NCBI GenBank assembly: GCA_024626585.2 | Contig: JANKJI020000002.1 | Location: forward strand, 174,150,933-174,168,960 | Reading direction: 5' to 3' | Length of the DNA stretch: 18,028 nt | Source: Ginkgo biloba | Taxonomy: Eukaryota > Plantae > Ginkgophyta | Part shown: piece by piece, positions 17,195 to 18,028 of the stretch | Layout: each line of letters starts with the position of its first letter | How positions within the stretch are numbered: the first letter of the stretch is position 1 | The notes under the pieces: model-generated | Told to the model about the DNA's origin: nothing | Databases searched by the model: none | Seen by the model: only the letters and a program-made list of their open reading frames with translations | Translations under genes and position numbers: made by a program

Positions 17195-18028
17195 CAGATT
17201 CACAAACCCAGCCAACCGGGTTCGCTAACCCAGAACGAACCCCACATTCAGTGCGCAGGTGCAGGGGCGGGTGCGCCCGCAAGTCAAGTCTAATAAGGAT
17301 GCACACCTAGCAAATCGAGTGCGCTCCTGGTTCAGAACCCTGACAAACCACAATGAACCCAAATGAAAAGCGGGGTTCTTAAAAAAATTTAGGCATTTTT
17401 TTAAAAAATTAAGTGCTTTTTAAAGTAAAAAAAAGGACCGCCTAGTTGTTTATGACCGCCTCACTGCTTTTGACCTCCTCATTTGATCTTAAAACCCTAG
17501 TAGCCACTAAATCTATTCATTTGAAATGCATTTCAAGTTTAGTGACAATCATTCCAAGCAAGTGCGCAGTAGTGAGAGACAATGAGCAGTGAGGAAAAGC
17601 GCAGTAGTGAGCGATAGTGAGCAGAATTGAGGAGCAACAAGGAAGGAGACTTCAAACAACTCAGCTAAAGCTTGGGATTTGAGGTAAGAAATTCAGTTTC
17701 TTCCCCTTCTCTAAATTTTTTTTTGTTTTATGCACTGAAATTTTTTCCCTTCTTCTAAACATACTAAGTTTTACAATTTTATTAATTTTTTTTCTCTTTT
17801 AAATTCAAATTTCAATGATATTCCAAGGGAGGGATTTCAATCATACACCCGATTTCAATTTATTTTGGAGGAATGGCAGAACAGGGGTTCCCATTTGACC
17901 TGAAAAAATCCTTGTGGAAGTATTGCCAGAGGACTAAGGGCCCTAAGGGTTTAGGAGGAACTTCCATAATAAAATGCACATTGTGCAATCATAAACCCTT
18001 TTCTAGAAGTTACACAAGAGTTAAGAAT
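17195..18028 (+). mobile_element. Possible left end of a TIR DNA transposon (hAT-like), continuing beyond the window
   Basis: Abrupt AT-to-GC shift at CAGATTCACAAACCC. Many subterminal AACCC/GGGTTC and GTGCGC motifs in both orientations, then a 35-bp tandem repeat (17564, 17599), a donor-like GAG|GTAAG (~17684) and a T-rich intron-like tract. The other TIR and the transposase are not visible. Confidence 0.4.

Overview
Repeat-rich plant nuclear DNA, most like a large-genome seed plant such as a gymnosperm (inferred from element style). No intact protein-coding gene is supported. Bases 1-6340 look like one full-length + strand Ty3/gypsy chromovirus of the CRM clade (LTR, tRNA-iMet PBS, gag-PR-RT-RH-INT, chromodomain, PPT, LTR). 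It is probably two different decayed copies joined across a 100-N scaffold gap: the same 136 bp of integrase occurs on both sides at only ~68% identity and the two LTRs do not align. Bases ~6341-9880 hold a much older minus-strand gypsy (Reina-like) element that the ORF track barely shows. Its RT is interrupted by a tRNA-derived SINE with a 13-bp TSD and by an unidentified ~440-bp AT-rich insert. Bases ~10200-13350 are non-repetitive-looking and strand-skewed, possibly a minus-strand intron/3' end with a candidate terminal exon. Next come a short interstitial telomeric tract, a ~100-bp poly(A) retroposon with a perfect 13-bp TSD, a copia RT scrap, a probable LTR, degenerate tandem repeats and the probable left end of a TIR DNA transposon. 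I did not find a convincing new biological system. The best leads are the assembly chimera, the SINE and retroposon families, the perfect LTR hairpins and the telomere-repeat junction.
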